DNA of 64,000 nt from an uncultured Actinomycetes bacterium (GTDB taxonomy: Bacteria; Actinomycetota; UBA4738; HRBIN12), in contig CAVPIB010000001.1 in assembly GCA_963704885.1 (NCBI GenBank), forward strand, positions 768,001-832,000, in the 5' to 3' direction. How positions within the stretch are numbered: position 1 is the stretch's first letter; every line of letters begins with the position of its first letter. A program made the position numbers and the translations under genes. The notes beneath the pieces were generated by a model. That model searched no databases. It saw only the letters and a program-made list of their open reading frames with translations, and was not told the origin of the DNA. Shown piece by piece: positions 61,586-64,000 of the stretch.

Positions 61586-62641
61586 GTGATGTTCGAGGAG
61601 CTGATCCGCGAGTGGGACGGCGAGCTAGTCGCGACGCGCTTCGATGCGCCAAGCTCGACTTGGATGTTCGTGGGGTTGCACTCCACCGTTCTTGGACCCG
61701 GGTTCGGCGGAACTCGGATGAAGGTCTATACCCAGCCGGAGGATGCGCTGCGCGATGTGCTCCGACTCTCGACGGCCATGACCTACAAGAACGCGATGGC
61801 CGACCTCCCGTTCGGCGGGGGCAAGTCCGTTCTGGCGGTTCCCGAGGTTCCGTCGGGGGAGGTGCGGCTGGGTCTCCTGCGTCGGTATGCGGACCTCGTG
61901 GGCGCCCTGGGTGGCAGTTACGTCTCAGCCTGTGACATGAACACGACAGAGGCCGACATGGACGTGGTCGGCGAGCGCTGCGCGCACGTGATGGGCAGAA
62001 GCATCGCCGCCGGCGGCTCCGGCACCTCAGCGCCCGACACGGCGTTGGGGGTGTACCACGGGATCCGCGCCTCGCTGGAGCACGCCTTCGGGTCCGACGA
62101 TCCGTCGGGGCGGACGATCGTGATCGAGGGGACCGGCGCGGTCGGTGGGCCTCTCGCCGATCTGCTGGCCGAGACGGGAGCCAAGCTGATCGTCTCCGAC
62201 GTGGACGAGGGCCGTGTGCGATCGGTGGCCGAGCGCGTAGGGGCGGACAAGGTGAGCGCCGAGGAGGCTTTCGACGTGGTCTGTGATGTGTTCTCGCCGT
62301 GCGCGACGGGCGCCATGATGAACGCCGACACCATCCCTCGACTGCGATGCCGGATAGTGGCCGGGGCGGCGAACAACCAACTCGCGACGCCGCAGGACGC
62401 CGATCGGCTGGCGGCCGCCGGCATCCTGTACGCGCCCGACTACGTGGTGAACGCGGGCGGGGTTCTCCACCTGGCAGGCTACGAGCGGCTCGGCTGGACC
62501 CCCGAGCAGATGGCCGCGCGGATCGCCGGGATCGGGGATACCCTGCGAGGCGTGTTCGAAACGGCTGATCGCGACGGCGTGACTCCGGAGCTCGCGGCCG
62601 CACGCGCAGCCGAGGCGCGGATCGCTGCTCGGGCCGCCTGA
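61586..62641 (+). CDS. Glu/Leu/Phe/Val dehydrogenase
   Basis: GGTRM, MTYKNA, GGGKSV, GAANNQL, APDYVVNAGG. Confidence 0.93.
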   Translation: MMFEELIREWDGELVATRFDAPSSTWMFVGLHSTVLGPGFGGTRMKVYTQPEDALRDVLRLSTAMTYKNAMADLPFGGGKSVLAVPEVPSGEVRLGLLRRYADLVGALGGSYVSACDMNTTEADMDVVGERCAHVMGRSIAAGGSGTSAPDTALGVYHGIRASLEHAFGSDDPSGRTIVIEGTGAVGGPLADLLAETGAKLIVSDVDEGRVRSVAERVGADKVSAEEAFDVVCDVFSPCATGAMMNADTIPRLRCRIVAGAANNQLATPQDADRLAAAGILYAPDYVVNAGGVLHLAGYERLGWTPEQMAARIAGIGDTLRGVFETADRDGVTPELAAARAAEARIAARAA

Positions 62642-62692
62642 TCGATATCTTCGGCGTGAAGCCGTTAGGTTCCGGGCGGGGAGGCTAGGAGC

Positions 62693-63091
62693 CTAGGCGA
62701 ACGGCTTCTCCTGGGCGGCGATCGCCAGGCCGACGAGCTCGAGGGCGCCGATGACTCCGTTCGCGACGGCGAGCGCCCACCACCACCACGCGTCGGCACC
62801 TACTGGGAGCCCGAAGAGCGCGTGCAGGGCGAACACCGTCGCGGTGCCGGCCTCCAGCACCACGAACGCCCACGCCCACCACCACACGTCCTCGAGCCGC
62901 TGGGCCACCAGAACCATCAGGAGAGCCAGCACGATACCCATGACTCCCAAGGCGCGTAGCCACGTCGTGTCGCCGACGGGAGGCTGCCCGGCGGCCGTTT
63001 CGGCCAACCAGCCGGGCGCGATCACGAGGGCCGAGCCGAACAGCGCCCAAAGGGCCGCCTGGAGCTTGAGGATCCTTCCCAGGAACGTCAT
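62693..63091 (-). CDS. Hypothetical 4-TM membrane protein
   Basis: MTFLGRILKLQAALW... with four hydrophobic segments. Confidence 0.65.
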   Translation of the reverse strand: MTFLGRILKLQAALWALFGSALVIAPGWLAETAAGQPPVGDTTWLRALGVMGIVLALLMVLVAQRLEDVWWWAWAFVVLEAGTATVFALHALFGLPVGADAWWWWALAVANGVIGALELVGLAIAAQEKPFA

Positions 63092-63220
63092 GAACGGCCA
63101 TCTCCGCAGCTCGGTCGGGGTTTCGGGCGGCTTGGTAGGATACGCGAACCGCGGAAGCAGCCGAGTCTCGCTGCGCGCGCTTCCGCCGACCGGAACCCCG
63201 GACCGCGAAGGACGATAGGC

Positions 63221-64000
63221 ATGCAACAGGGTCCCAGGGTCGCGGTGATCGGGCTCGATTGCGGCACGCCGCAGCTCCTGTTCCGCGACCTCCAAGACGA
63301 GATCCCCAACATCCGCAAACTGATGGATGCCGGGATGCACGGCGACCTGGCCAGCATCACTCCACCGATCACGGTCCCCGCTTGGGCGTGCGCCATGACC
63401 GGCAAGACACCCGGACAGTTGGGCATCTACGGATTCCGCAACCGCAAGGATCACACCTACGACGGTCTGTCGATCGCGCATTCGGGCTCGATCAAGGAGC
63501 CGACCGTGTGGGACAAGCTGGGGGAGCAGGGCAAGCGTTCGCTCTTGATCGGCGTCCCTCCAGGGTTCCCGCCGCCGAAGGAGTTCCCGGGTTGGCGGGT
63601 CGGGTGCTTCCTGACACCCCCGTCCGCCGAGCGCTTCGCTTACCCGCAGGAGCTCGAGGTGGAGATCGCCGAAGAGCTCGGCGGCCCGGGCAACTACATC
63701 TTCGATATCCCTAACTTCCGCGAACAGGGCATGGGGTTCGTCTTGGAGCAGGTGTTCAAGATGACCGAGCGGCGGTTCGCCGTGGCGCGTCGGCTGGTGA
63801 AGAACAAGCCGTGGGACTACTTCATGATGGTCGAGATGGGACCGGACCGGCTCCATCACGTGTTCTGGCAGTACTACGACCCGCGCCACCCGCTGTATCA
63901 GCCCGGGAACGAGTTCGAGACCGCGTTCCAGGACTACTACCGGTACCTGGATCGCGAGGTGGGTTCGCTGCTCGAGGTTCTGCCCGAGGACGCGATCACG
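63221..64000 (+). CDS. Alkaline-phosphatase-superfamily nucleotide pyrophosphatase/phosphodiesterase (truncated by the window end)
   Basis: Manually translated: VIGLDCG...SITPPITVPAW...TGKTPGQLGIYGF...GPDRLHH. Confidence 0.88.
   Translation, partial: MQQGPRVAVIGLDCGTPQLLFRDLQDEIPNIRKLMDAGMHGDLASITPPITVPAWACAMTGKTPGQLGIYGFRNRKDHTYDGLSIAHSGSIKEPTVWDKLGEQGKRSLLIGVPPGFPPPKEFPGWRVGCFLTPPSAERFAYPQELEVEIAEELGGPGNYIFDIPNFREQGMGFVLEQVFKMTERRFAVARRLVKNKPWDYFMMVEMGPDRLHHVFWQYYDPRHPLYQPGNEFETAFQDYYRYLDREVGSLLEVLPEDAIT

Overview
High-GC actinobacterial (Actinomycetota) chromosomal core region. The assignment rests on the actinobacterial beta' coiled-coil insertion, the rpmG-hadA/hadB-like-tRNA-Trp-secE synteny and the glmM-glmS-acpS-nnr-alr-tsaEBD-groES/EL order; the lineage is probably deep-branching. 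Gene order: tRNA-Met, tuf, rpmG, tRNA-Trp, secE-nusG-rplKA-rplJL, rpoBC, the str/S10/spc/alpha ribosomal superoperon (with a second, near-identical tuf and no rpsD), truA, rplM-rpsI, glmM, glmS, acpS, nnr, alr, udg, tsaE-tsaB-rimI-tsaD and a CIRCE-controlled groES-groEL. Small accessory inserts lie between these: an orphan NarL-type regulator, a 535-aa coiled-coil protein, XRE plus RmlC-like genes, an IMPase, a large S8 protease, an APH-like kinase, a 2-TM protein and a secreted ACSC protein. I found no CRISPR array, rRNA, IS or prophage, and no clear-cut novel multi-gene system. The most notable observations are the duplicated tuf, the missing rpsD, a histone-like tail on L13, a very long acidic NusG extension, RpoB peculiarities, recognisable r-protein leader RNAs, widespread leaderless genes, three separate +1-base anomalies (possibly sequencing errors) and several uncharacterised inserted proteins.
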